Below are positions 11,458 to 29,000 of a stretch of DNA of 64,000 bases, piece after piece (the stretch's first letter is position 1; the number at the start of each line of letters is the position of its first letter). The position numbers and the translations under genes were made by a program. Below the pieces are notes generated by a model. That model saw nothing but the letters and a program-made list of their open reading frames with translations. It was not told the origin of the DNA and ran no database searches. This DNA is from Octopus bimaculoides. Lineage: Eukaryota. The stretch covers positions 7,291,988-7,355,987 of the forward strand of contig NC_068991.1 of NCBI RefSeq assembly GCF_001194135.2, given 5' to 3'.

Positions 11458-12607
11458 GCCATATTCAAATGAACAGAAGCATGTAAAATATTACTGTACA
11501 TAACTATATTTCATTCAATGCTTGTTTAGTGCACATCTGATTATAAGTAATGACACTTATTTATGGCTAAAATGTATTGAAAAGACAAGACTTATTTAGT
11601 TTGAAATAATGATTTAATGTACATGTTGACTGAACATTTTGAGGATCCAAATCTGAGTTCTGTTAGGATTGAACTTCTAATGGTTCTGCAAGAAAGAAAT
11701 GAAGGAATAGATCAGAATTGCCGACAACTGAAATCGATATTGAATGAAGAATATAAAGATATAGAGAAGAAAACAAAAATAAAAGAATAAAACCAGGAAA
11801 AAAAAATTATATTGGTCAAGATTAAATATTTCAATATGTGAGATGAATTATTAATACAATTACAATTTTCTGGATTATTAATCTCATCTACACGATGCTG
11901 CTTTCATTTTAATACTATTATTCCATAATAATTCTATTCATATCTAAGATGGTACAATATTTTAGCAACCACCAGAAAAATGGAAGCCATATTGACCTTG
12001 GCAGGATTTAATTTCAGAACATAAAGGATTTTAATAAAATACTGCAAGGCCTTGTTTCATGCTGTAATAATTTTGTCAATACACCACATTTAGTCTCATC
12101 TCCAATTATTAATGGGTGTCCTCTGTTGCTAAGCACTATCAGTCATCTACTAATTCTGCCCCACTCCGTTATTATCCAACTCCATTAGATCACTCTCATC
12201 CCCTCTTCTAAAGTACGAGTCATCATGTAGCTCCTCTATAACAAAAAACCTGTTCTGCTGCTCTGGCTTCTCTGCTCATACTTTTATCCATTATTTGCTC
12301 CTTATCTTCAAGAATAAAGTTGCCATCTTGGAGTTCATATTCTTGCAAACAGCATGATGGCCTCACTAATGCTAGTGGCATGAAAAAAGGTATCCAGTAC
12401 ACACTGTAAAGTGGTTGCATTAGGAAAGGCATCCAGCTGTAGAAACTATGCTAAAGTAGACACTGAAGCTTGGTGCAGCCCTCTGACTCATTAGTTCCTG
12501 TCAAACCCATGACAGCATAGAAAAAAGGGATGTTAAATGGGGATGATGATGATGATGATGATTCTTATGCTTGTAATTCTTGAATTAAAAATAAATTACC
12601 TTCACTG

Positions 12608-16562
<3,955 letters not shown>

Positions 16563-17912
16563 ACCAAGTGTGTGACATAAACATAGACATGCGTACTCTA
16601 TACCGGTGTAAGGAATGCTTTGCTTTCTTTACACGTACTCTCTCACATAATACCTTTGTTTAAAATTTTTATCAATATCTTCTTAAAAATTTAATTTGAA
16701 TTAAAAAATTTTTTAATTGTACTGCAAATCCCTTATTTTAGCACAGGTTAAAACGAACAACAAATTGGTCGTTATTAGAGAAAGATATTTTCTGAAAATA
16801 TTTAGTGAAGGAACATACTATAAACACAAATGTGCTCTCAGGAGGTCAGCCAAACAAACAGCAACAACAAATAATAATATTTTATGGGTGGAAAACGTTT
16901 TAAAGCTAAAAAATAATTACCTTCACCGGTTACAAGATTAATTTGTTAAACGATCGTTCATTGGCTCGATTTAAGTATAAAAGTTTGTTTCCACCAATCA
17001 ACATACTCCTTTGATAATATCCTTATAGCAAAATCGGACAAGTTGCTTGGCATGGTCCTAGGGTTTAATATTGTCCGGGAAATGTTAAAAAATAGATAGC
17101 TTCACCTTTATACTAGCTCATATACCACGTTACTAATTTAAAACTGGACCATGATTGAATAGAAGCTTTGTGAGTAAGCATATATTGCTGTGTATTTATA
17201 ATTGAAGTCATTGTTACGAATGGAAATTCATTCTGATTGCTGCACGCCTTCGTCTCTTTAGATTAGACCTTAGCGTCTGCTCCATTTACTTTTTTCGCCT
17301 CATCTTATTGATTCCCCCCCCCCCAAACATAGGTTACATAAAGATTATTTATATCTTTATTTATATTCTTATGTTTCCATTGTTTACAAACTTAAAATTA
17401 TTATTTTTAATTAAATACTTCATCAATACAAATATTAAAAGCAAAATTCATCCAAAATTAGGAACCACTCCAGCCATTAATTCATTTGCTTTGCTTCTGA
17501 ACTAATTGTTTATATTACTTTCTTTAAAGTTTTATATTCTATAGTCGTCTTATTATCTCTATACCTAAAGCAGATGTTGGCTGCTTCGTCTCATTCGCTC
17601 CTATATTTATAATTCTTGTTTGAAATGAAATTTATTTCATTTACTCGAATAATAGTTGTATGTGTTTATTTAGAATGCTTATTTATGCAATTCTTCCAAC
17701 GTTCTCCTAATTATGACAATCAGTTGTTCTCTATTCGCATATCAACAACTCAATATAGTATTAATGCATGCATTTTCAGTTTTGGATCTCATTGTAGTTG
17801 CATCGGAATAGTTTACTATTGAATAAGTCGATATATAGATACATTATATTATCTTAGCAAATACTTAATGTTGAATTTTGAAAATGTAATTAATCTTTCA
17901 AAACACTCATGT

Positions 17913-17940
<28 letters not shown>
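17913..17940. repeat. (TA)n microsatellite
   Basis: Perfect TA dinucleotide run. Confidence 0.95.
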
Positions 17941-17943
<3 letters not shown>

Positions 17944-19310
17944 CAATACAATAATGTGCGCACCAGAAGTGTTTTCTAACTAAATTTTCTCTTTCATATG
18001 AACTGTTTGTTGTGATATTTTGTCCTTATTTCCTTGTTTAGTTTTTCTAACCCTAACATAATTTTCGATTTGTAATCCTTATTTATACAACTTTCCTTTA
18101 TTGAATTGTTAAATGTCTTCATATATACACTTCAAGATATATCTGGCGATTCGCTGTCGACAAACATTGGTTTGAGGATTTTTTTTTTGTTTTTTGTCTA
18201 TCTTCCTTGAACTTTCCTTTTTCTTTGTGCCTTATACTTTTCGGTTAATTACATCATACTACGTTGGTGTAATCTCAAAGACTTACTCCCGAATATTTTA
18301 CGGGTCATATTGCTTTATATTCGGGCCAGTGTTGCTTTTAGTGTCTATCTTCAGTAGAAAAAAAAAAAAAAGAAATCTCATCAAGCATCTATTCCATCTA
18401 GTATTGAATGTATACACATTTAAATAAATATTTTCGCTTACATCACGCACCTCGAGATCACATTTAATGTTTAGAATCTGAGGGTTTTTCTTTGGTATGA
18501 AAATGCTTTTTTTTTTCTTTCTTTTGCCTTTTCTGATTTTATTTCTTTACAACTGAACTAAAACTATTTGAAAGGTTTAATTACGAAAATTGGTATTATT
18601 TCCCTCTTACATTTGTAAATATTCCCATTAATGTGTACTATTTCTTCAGATATTTACTGTTAAAATTGACTTGATGAGAACGATTTGATTGCCTCGAGCA
18701 AAAACTAACAAAAATATCAAACTTTATTTTCATCACGACTGTATTTTGCTGTGTTTTTTACTTTTTGTTTTTCTATATTATATAGGATAAGAATTGTTCT
18801 TAAGTTTATCAACTGCTGTAGAAAGATTATATTTGTACCTAATTTTACAATCCTTATTGTAGGCACCAATCCATTGAGTTACTTAGGAATAGCGGAAGGA
18901 AACCTTGCGGCCGACTACGCAAAGAAAATAGTAAAACAGTAACAGCAAAAGAATTTTTTTCACGGAAAGACGAGAAAAAACAAAGGTTTGTTAATTCAAA
19001 ACCATTTTATAAGTTGGTTGTGTAACTATGCTCTTGATAAAACGCCAAACTGCTTGCTCCAGTTCCTATGATTGAACGAAAAAAATAGGATCCAGTTATT
19101 TAAAAGTTACAGGGAAACTCGCTCCAACATAAAAGCGATCTCAACTAGGCATCGGTAAACGTATTACAAAACAGAAAATGCTACTACTATCGCCTTAACT
19201 TCTCAAATATTTTCTTACGAACACGCGGATTCCCTATTTTTCATGTTTGTCACGTTTTTGGTAACATAGCAGTATGACAATATATATAAGCAAAAATATT
19301 CGCAAATAAA

Positions 19311-19353
19311 TCGAGATATGATTGGTTTTAGCAGTCGAGATTTGATTGGTTTT
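19311..19353. promoter_or_regulatory. Tandem 19-bp direct repeat, each copy containing an ATTGG (reverse CCAAT/NF-Y) box
   Basis: TCGAGATATGATTGGTTTT (19311-19329) and TCGAGATTTGATTGGTTTT (19335-19353), 24-bp period, between the divergent ALKBH6 and Dicer starts. Confidence 0.5.
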
Positions 19354-20028
19354 CAAAAAACAAAAAACTACTTCACATTCTCATTTGTTCAATACCATGT
19401 AGCAGAGACACGTGATATTTGCATCTATCCAACCGAGAAAAACCTGATATTTTCAATTATTTATCATATGCAAAAGACACTGATCAGGCGAAGTCTATAG
19501 TTGAAGTTTCATCATAGACTCTGTACTTTATATAATTTATACCAAGTAATATTTATAAATACTTAATTAGTTATGTTTATGAAACATTTTGGCACAGATG
19601 TTTTGGTGTCACTGATTTGTCACAGTCTTACTTGACATCAGACATTTTTATGTTTCTCTTGGTCTCCCCCCACTCTTTATCATTCACTCTCTCCCTTGCT
19701 CTGTGTGTATGTGTATTTCTCTTTCTGTGTATGAAGAGTGAGGAAGTTATGTCTATTATGTTCAATTAATAAATCATGATGTGTCTCATTGCCCCACTAT
19801 CTTTATCTCTCTTTGTGTATATTTCTCTGTATGTGTGTGTGTTTGTCTTTGGTGCCAAAATGTAGTTACCAAAGCATGATCTTTGTCCACTCAGCCATAC
19901 CAAATCACCAGCATCCAAACAGCTGCACCCTATCATCTCATTCCAGTTAGTTATACACAATACCATTACATTCCTTATTGTTATGTACCATTTTAATAAA
20001 TTCTGCTCCAAAATGATTTTCCTTTCAG

Positions 20029-23000
20029 ATGGTGAAAGCTGCATATGATCCTGTGCGTAAACTGCCTCGCTATTTGCGAACAGAAGACCTTCCAGTACAC
20101 ACTTTTACACCCCAAACATATCAAGTAAGGCATTGATTTGTTTCATATTCAATTGTTTGTTAATATGAAGTCAAATGTTGGGGAGTTTGTGTGTGTGTGT
20201 GTTTCTTTTAATAGTTGTCTGAGAAGAAATGACATAGTATCTCGTTTGTGTATGAAAGTTCCTCACAAAGTATGTGAAAAGATGAATATTAATAGAGTAT
20301 TGAATATTAATATTATATTAATATAATATGAGTGCCTGAATAACATCCTAAAGTTTCATCAGAGCCTCAAATATTGATAGATTGATAGATAGATAAATAA
20401 ATAGATATAGATATTGCATGTCTTATAGTCTCATTTTCCTTTATTTAGCTGGAGTTGCTGGATGCTGCCTTACATCAAAACACAATAGTATGTGTGAATT
20501 CACCTCCTGGGAAAACATTTATTGCAGTCATGCTTATCAAAGAAATGGCTATACAAATAAGACCAATGGTACCTGATATTGCCAAACGCAAGTTTACAGT
20601 GTTTCTAGTATCGTCAGGTGAGTTTAAACTATGTTATACAGCTATATCTCTTGATAACTGATTCTAGCAATGGAGACTCCTTCTCTCACTCTTTCTCTTT
20701 ATTGGCTATATTCCCTGTCTTAACAGACAGGGAATATCGCCAAAGATACAATAGACGGAATATTTGCTGCTGAGTCTTCCTCACCAGTCAATGAACCAAA
20801 ATGTCATAGTAGTTTTGCACCATTGTCATTGAGACCACTCAATCTTGGAGGTGCCAGTACTGTTATTAAGCTACTGGGAAACATACACTCACCCATATGT
20901 ATATTTATATATCTATGTATTTGCCTATTTGTATGTCTATTAAGTTTACTCTATGAAAAATACAGATATATTTATATTTGATTGTTGACGAAATTGAACC
21001 AAATTCGATGACTGGCACCCATGCCAGTGGAGCGCCAACAGCACCATCCGAGTGGGATCACTGCCAGAGCAGCTGTCTGGCTTCCGTGCCGGTGGCACAT
21101 AAAAAGCACCATTTGAGCGTGATCATTACCAGCGTAGCCTTACTGGCACGTGAACAAAACATTCGAGCGAGGTCATTGCCAGTGCCGCTGCACTGACTCC
21201 TGAGCAGGTGGCACATAAAAAACACCATTTGAGCGTGGCTATCGCCAGTACTGCCAGACTGGCCCTCGTGATGATGACGATGATGACGACAGCATGTTGT
21301 TCTAAGCAAATCCTAATCTGATGTTCTGAAAACCATTTTGATGTCTTTTATTTCTTTCAGTCAATGTAGAGTCACAGGCCAAAGTAGTCTGTCATCATAC
21401 AGACCTGTCAGTCGGTTATTACACTGATGATACAGAAATTACAGTCGATCAGGCTGATAAATGGATTCCAGAACTGCTGACACATCAAGTGTTTGTTACA
21501 ACAGCTTCAGTTTTTCTCAACATTCTACAGTGTGAATTCTTATCACTTAATCAAATAAACCTCCTTCTTATTGATGAGTGTTCGGATATCTGTGTTAGTG
21601 AGTCACATAAAGAGGTGAGTGAAGTTACTTTCATTTCATAGTTTGTAAAGCATGAAGACATGTATTTAAAATCATTTGTTAAAATGTCTTCGTTTAAAAA
21701 TGTTCAAAAGTATTGCAAGTGCAAAGAAGTACCGAAGACATCCTTGTTTTTATCTTATTTTTCATTTTATTGTTTATTTGTTTCAGTCATTGAACTGTGA
21801 CCACCCTGGGGTTTAGTTGAACAAATTGACGTTAGTCTCATTTTTTTTTAAAAGCCTGATACTTATTCTATCAGTCTCTTTTACTGAACCACTAAGTTAC
21901 AGGAGCATATTCAAACAATACTGGTTGTCAAGCAGTGATGGGGGAACAAATACAAACACACACACACACATGATGGGCCTCTGCACAGTTTCTGCCTGCC
22001 AAATTTGGTTGACCTGGGGATATAGAAGAAAACACTTGCCCAAGGTGCCGCTCAGTGGAACTGAACTTAAAACCAACCGCATGGTTGCAAAGTAACTTTC
22101 TTAACCACACAGCCATATCTGCACTCTATTTATTTATTTATGTAGTTTTTTTATTTTTATAAACAAATAACCCTGAAATTTCCTTAAATTCTATTACAAG
22201 TGGTAATTGAAATCTTAATAATTCTTCATTGTTTGCCATTGATTTTACGTGTCTTTTACATCAAACCAGAAGTGAAAGCAGATTGAGAATTATATTGTGG
22301 TTGTTCCGTTCAATCAAATGATATTGTTACCTGATAAAAGAAAATACAGGTGGATCAGTTAATTATGATTGTATTCAACATATTCCCCTCTCAGATTCAC
22401 ACATTTATTGCAACAGTCCCTCAGTTTTTCTAAGCTCTGTAAAAGAACTCAGAAGGTTGTGCCTCCAACCAGGCCTTTCATGATACCCTCAAAGCTAGGA
22501 ACTTTTCAGCATTCCCTCATATATCTTTGTTTTAAAAATTATTTGTACTCGATTGATTTATTCATTTATCAATTTATATTTTTTAGGTAATGAAAATCTA
22601 TGAAAAATGTGAAAAAAATTTACAGCCTCGAATTGTTGTGTTGACTGCAGTTTTGCTGTCTAGTAAATGTCGAGACCCTAATGAACTAGAAAATACCATC
22701 AACAAATTAGAGTCCATATTTCACTCAGTTGCTGAGACATCAACTTTAGTTTTCTCTGAACGCCATGGCACCAGCCCCAAAGAAAATGTGCTGGAATGTA
22801 ATAGTGACTTTGATGAAATCCAGCAAATGCCAGAAGTTTCTATGATCCTGCAAGAATCTCTATTTTTTATCGATGAATGTATCCTTTCTGAGAAGGAGAA
22901 AGAAAATATTAAAGATCCTCTGCAAGTTCCTCGCACAGCTCTTGCTCAGTGTCTTAACATACTTGATGTCCTAGGACCGTGGTGTGCCAATCACATAGCA

Positions 23001-26000
23001 GAAATGTTTATTAAACAGTTAGAAAAAATTATTGGACATGAACAGTCAGAAATTGGTAAGCTGCTATTACGTTACACAACAACTCAACTCAGGATTGTGA
23101 CCAAAACATTTGAGAAGTTATTCAACATTGATTATTGTATTGACGAGTTTTTACCGTTTCTTACTCCGAAAGTTATTAAATTGGTGAATATTCTGCGTGG
23201 TTATAAACCAGAATTTGAGTTTGTAATTTTGAGAGATGAAAATGCTGATGGAATGGAACATTCCGATGATGACACAATGGATGATCTATCTGACTCCGAC
23301 AGTGATGACTACGTTAATTCATCTCACCACAAGAATGACTTACATATCACTTTGAAACACCCTGCTGCAGCTCGAGCAGAGTATTCCGACTCCGATCCTT
23401 TGGAACAGGAAGAAGAAAAGAGATTATGTGGACTTATTTTTGTTGATTGCAAATACGTTGCATATGCTTTAAATAAGGTAATTGAAGAGATCTGTGCATG
23501 GGATGAAAATATGTGCTTTGTTAAGAACGGACACATCACTGGTTATAAGTATGGAGCTAAGAGAGAATCCACGACTTTCCGGAAGCATGAAGAGGTTTTA
23601 CGTAAATTCCGTATGCAAGAGATCAACGTACTGGTAGCAACTTCTAACTTTGAAGAATGTATTGACATACCAAAGTGTAATTTGGTTGTTTGCTTTGATC
23701 CACCTAAAGACTACAAGTCATATAGTCAGTCAAAGGTAACATTTCACTTCTCATTAAATGCTAATTGTTATATTGTGGACTCTGCTGTTGTAGATGACAT
23801 ACGAGGGTTCTGCTATGCTTTGCTGGACAAGCTGAACAGATGATACGTTTATAGTGATTGAATGTTTGTGCTGTACATTAGCTCAATTCTACCACAAAAT
23901 CAACATAGCCTGAACAGGTGCTCAGTGTGTAACATGTGTCAGGTATTGAGGTGTTTGTAGGGCAATGTGCGATGAAGTGTTTTGCTCAAGAACACAATGC
24001 ACTGTATGGTCTGGGAATTGAAACTATGATCTTGTGATCATGAGTACAACACCCTAACCAGTTGTATTTATTGTTGTAAATAAATACTTTCTTTATTCTT
24101 CTTCGCTGCTCAGCATTAACCCTTCAACATTTAAACTAACCATATCTGGCCGAAATATTCTGCCTGTTTTATGTTCAAACCAGAGAGATCCAGCCTATCA
24201 CACCTACCCTAAAATGTCATTCTTAAAATATTAAATCTAAATTATTTAGATTTTAAAATTTCCAGTAAATGTTTATAATACAGTTAATTTTGATAAATTA
24301 AATTAAATTGAATTTTTCCCTGTAGATTTGGATTTTTATCCCTAATATTATTATTATTATTATTATTATAATTATATATATATATATATATATATCATCA
24401 TCATCATCGTTTAACGTCTGCTTTCCATGCTAGCATGGGTTGGACGATTTGACTGAGGACTTATACTTATACATGCACTTATACAAATTATATTCTACAG
24501 GCTCGTGCACGTGCTCGGAATGCAAGTTTCCTCATGCTAATTGATAGTGAAAAAGCACGACCATTTTTAACAGAACTCAATACATACAAAAGAATAGAAC
24601 AGGTAAATAATTTAATTTAATTGTTTATTTTTTTTTATATCTTGATGGAAATCTGTATTTGTTTGGTGGAAATCTATATTTGTTCAGTAGTATGATAAAA
24701 AATTGCAAGATAATTCTTTCTAAGCACAGGTCTAAAATTTTGTTGAGATGAGGAATAGGTTGCTTGATTACATTGACCACAATGCTCAACTGTTAACTTT
24801 TTAATACATTGCTATATGAACATACATTTTCTAGGAAACTGGTTTTCTTAGAAAGAATATACTTTATTCTAAAACATGTTGTCTGGTGTGGAGATGAAAT
24901 AGAGTATTCAGTATTCACCCGTTAAAGTATATATTTTCTTATTTCAGGTTTTATTGCGAAAATACATAAATAAAGCTGAGCCTTCCAAGGAAGAACTAAT
25001 ACAAACCCTTGAACAATACAACATCCCACAGTCGGTAGTTTTAAATACCAATAACAACACAAACAACAACAACAACAATTCTACTTCTCCCATTACACTG
25101 TTTTCAGCCATCTCTATTGTTAACAGGTCAGTTAAACAAACTCTCTCCAAATTCTCTATCAAGAAATTATTATTTTCTACTCTAGGCACAAGGACAGAAA
25201 TTTTGGGGGAGAGGGGCTGGTCAATTAGAGATCAGTGTAAACAACTAGCCCCCTTCCACAAGATTTCAGGCCTTTTGCCTGTAGTGGAAAGGATTCTTGT
25301 AACTAACAGAGACACTGCCCTTCATGCTGTCTTCTGCTAGTATATGTTTTGTTTGTTTTTTGAAACTGCTGCAATCATTGTCATCATCATCGTCATCATT
25401 GTCGTTTAACGTCCACTTTCTGTGCTAGCATGGGTTTGATGCTTTGACTGACAAATGTTAAGCTGGGAGGCTGCACCAACCCACCAACCTGATTTGGCAA
25501 GATATCTACAGCTGGATGCCCTTCCTAGCACCAACCATTCCTAGAGTGTGGTAGGTGCTTTTTTACGTTCCACTGGCACGGGTGCCAGTCAAACGGCACT
25601 GGCATCAGCCACACTGAAATGGTGCTTTTTATGTGCCACCGACATGGGTGCCAGTCAAGCAGCACTGGCATCGACCACGCTCAAATAGTGTTGTTTTACG
25701 TGCCACTGGCACAGGTACCAGTCAGGCAGCAGTGGCTTATAGAATGAAATAAACCTTGGGGGCTTTGATTTCTCTATAACCCAGACAAGCCAATGCCAGT
25801 ATATTGTTATATGAATGTATATTTTCCAGGAGACTGTTTCCTGTATGAGCAATGTCTAATTACCTAAGAATATTTAGTGGAGGAGGATTGAGATTGTCCA
25901 GTTTTAATCTTCCCCTCAAAGCAATATAAAGATTTCACTTCAGCAAGGCATGATGGTGTTTAATATGAAGGACAGCCTGTTCTTGAAAGCCATCTAAATT

Positions 26001-29000
26001 ATCATTCACCTGAGGCTGCTCCCCTTGGGGAAGGGAACTGGCTGGTGTCACATAAAAAGCACTCAAGCTGTTACCATGTAAAAGTGCTTGTGCAGTGCCA
26101 CTGTAAAAGCACCCAGGCATGCACTTGAAAGTGGTTGGTGTTAGGAAGGGCATCCAGCCTTAGAAACCATGCCAAATCAGACTGGAACTTGATGCAGCTC
26201 CCCAGCTTGCCAATTCTAGTCAGACCAACCCATGCCAACATGGAAACGGGCATCAAATGAGGATGATGATGATGATGATAATTTTGGACAGATGATATTC
26301 CGGCATCTAGTCACCACCATCTCTAGCTTCTTTCCAGTTATTCCCACCCACTCTTATACAATGTGGGGTGACCATGTATGTCTTCTATAACAAGACACCT
26401 GGGTTACCCCCTCCATCCACCACTACCACTTAGTTGAGAGGTCTTATTCCTTTTCATGTTCTTTCTTTTCTGACAATCTCACTGGTGTTAGTAGCAAAAA
26501 ATAAAAAGAACAATGAAAAAAACATCCAGTACATATTGGCATTAAAAAGGGCATCCAGCCATAGAATCCATCCCAAAGCTGACACTGGAGCTTCATGCAG
26601 CCCCACAGCCCTCTGGATCCTGTCAAACCATTCAACCTATGATAGCGTGAAAAATTGATGTTAAATAAAGATGATGATGGTGACGATGATGATATACTAT
26701 TATTGTAATTGAAAGTTTAGTATTTTCTGTGATAAATAAACAATAAACAAAGAAATTGTTCACCTTACAAATTATTTTCTGTATATTTTTTTCTTCAGAT
26801 ACTGTGCTAAGTTACCTAGTGATGCCTTTACTCACCTCACACCCAAATGCACTGTTGAAAAGGTCAATGTTGATAATGAAACCCATTATGTTGCTACTCT
26901 TAAACTACCAATCAATTCTCCAGTGAAGAAAGATGTTCAAGTATGTTACAAAACTGCTTAACTTTTCTCTGCTTCATAACTTTCCAAATTCATTTCAGTG
27001 TTTATTCATTCTCTACACAACGGGGTGCTGGAAAATTCTTGGCTTTGGGTTGAAAAAGTATACAGGAGGATCAGTTAATTATGAGAAATACAGTTGGTTT
27101 GAATTTGCTGCAGAAAGTCGTCTGTGTTTGTGGTAGTAGTTGGGGTGGCGGGGGTGGGGGTAGAATGCAGCTTGGGTGCCAAGTGAGTGGCCGCCCAAAA
27201 TAGTTTGGGAACCACTGATCTAACCTATGGAACAAATAGATATGAAAAAAAAAACAACTGGCTTCTCAAGATATTACATAGTGAAATTGGTTTTGATTAT
27301 TAAATGACAGATAAAATGGGTAGAAAAGGCTAAAGAAAATTTAATATAAATTTGAGGAATATTGCTAAAATCAGAGCTGATTTGATATCAAATATATTAT
27401 TTGATAAAATGTGATTAATTCGACCTTTATTAACTTATGAACTATTAAAAATGATTGTTGTAAAAATTCCATGAAATGTTGAACTGAAATTATATTTATT
27501 TTTACTTTAGGGAGATGTAATGCCAAGAGAAAAGTTAGCCAAAATGTCTGCTGCGCTCAAAATGTGCCAAGAACTCCAAATTCAAGGTAAGCAGAAAACT
27601 ATTATTTGGAAAAATAATTTTTATACAGGCTTGGCTCTGTGGTTAAGAAGCTTGCTTCTCAACCATATGTCTCTGGTTCAGTCCCACTGCACAGTACTTT
27701 GGACAAATGTTCGGGGCTGACTAATACCCTGTGAATGGATTTGGTTGACTGAAACTGGCAAAAGCCTGTCATATGTGTATGTGCATATATGTGTGTTTGT
27801 GTGTAGTCTTCTCTTGATGTCATGATTGTAAATGAGCATCACTGTCATACAAGTGAGTTTGTTCATTTCCAGTCATCCATGAAAAGCCTGTCTGGCCATG
27901 GTCAGATATTATTCTTTTCTACTCTAGGCACAAGGCCTGAAATTTTTGGGGTGAGGGGCCAGTCAATTAGAGGTCAGTGTAAACAACTAGCCCCTATATG
28001 CTCATTTTAACCAGCTGAGTGGACTAGATCAATGTCAAATAAAGTGTCTTGTTCAAGGACACAACATGTCACTGGGAATTGAACTCACGACCTTATGATT
28101 ATAAGCCAAATACCCTAACCACTAAACCACTTACCTTCTCAGTAGCTAAATCCACTTTACATTAATATGTTTCTGATAAATTGACTATTTTTCTTTACAG
28201 GAGAACTAGATGATCACTTCCTTCCAGTGGGGAAAGAGATTTTGAAGCATGAAGAGAAAGAAGCCTTAAAGGATCCTCTGAAATATGGGGAAGAGGATGA
28301 GGTAGAGTGGGAAGAAGAGGAAGAGGAGGAACTCATTGGCTGTCCAAGACCAGGCACCACAAAACGAAAACAGTATTACTTTAAAAAGGTACTTCTGTGT
28401 TTTTACTAGTTTAGAGTAGTGCTTCTTTTGGGAGATGAATGAATTCCATATCACAAAAAAAAAAAGCAACATAATTTATAAAGAGATTTATAGACTAAAC
28501 CATTTGACTTTTTAGATTCATTTATCAAACTTTGAAATCCTACCAAAAGTTTATTTTAGGAGTGGCTGTGTGGTAAGTAGCTTGCTTACAAACCNNNNNN
28601 NNNNNNNNNNNNNNNNNNNNNNNNNNNNNNNNNNNNNNNNNNNNNNNNNNNNNNNNNNNNNNNNNNNNNNNNNNNNNNNNNNNNNNNNNNNNNNNNNNNN
28701 NNNNNNNNNNNNNNNNNNNNNNNNNNNNNNNNNNNNNNNNNNNNNNNNNNNNNNNNNNNNNNNNNNNNNNNNNNNNNNNNNNNNNNNNNNNNNNNNNNNN
28801 NNNNNNNNNNNNNNNNNNNNNNNNNNNNNNNNNNNNNNNNNACCCGTAACTTAGCGGTTCGGCAAAAGAGATGATAGAATAAGTACTAGGCTTACAAAGA
28901 ATAAGTCCTGGGGTCGATTTGCTCAACTAAAGGTGGTGCTCCAGCATGGCCACAGTCAAATGACTGAAACAAGTAAAAGAGTAAAAAGTACAATTGTGTA

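Noticed and set aside
27142-27176. G-rich tract with G-quadruplex potential in a Dicer intron
   Set aside because: The fourth G-run is distant and the tract abuts a transposon-like end; no functional support.
28540-28926. ORFs spanning N runs (also 46774-47286, 46871-47153)
   Set aside because: Artefacts of assembly gaps; only the RTE C-terminal part is real.
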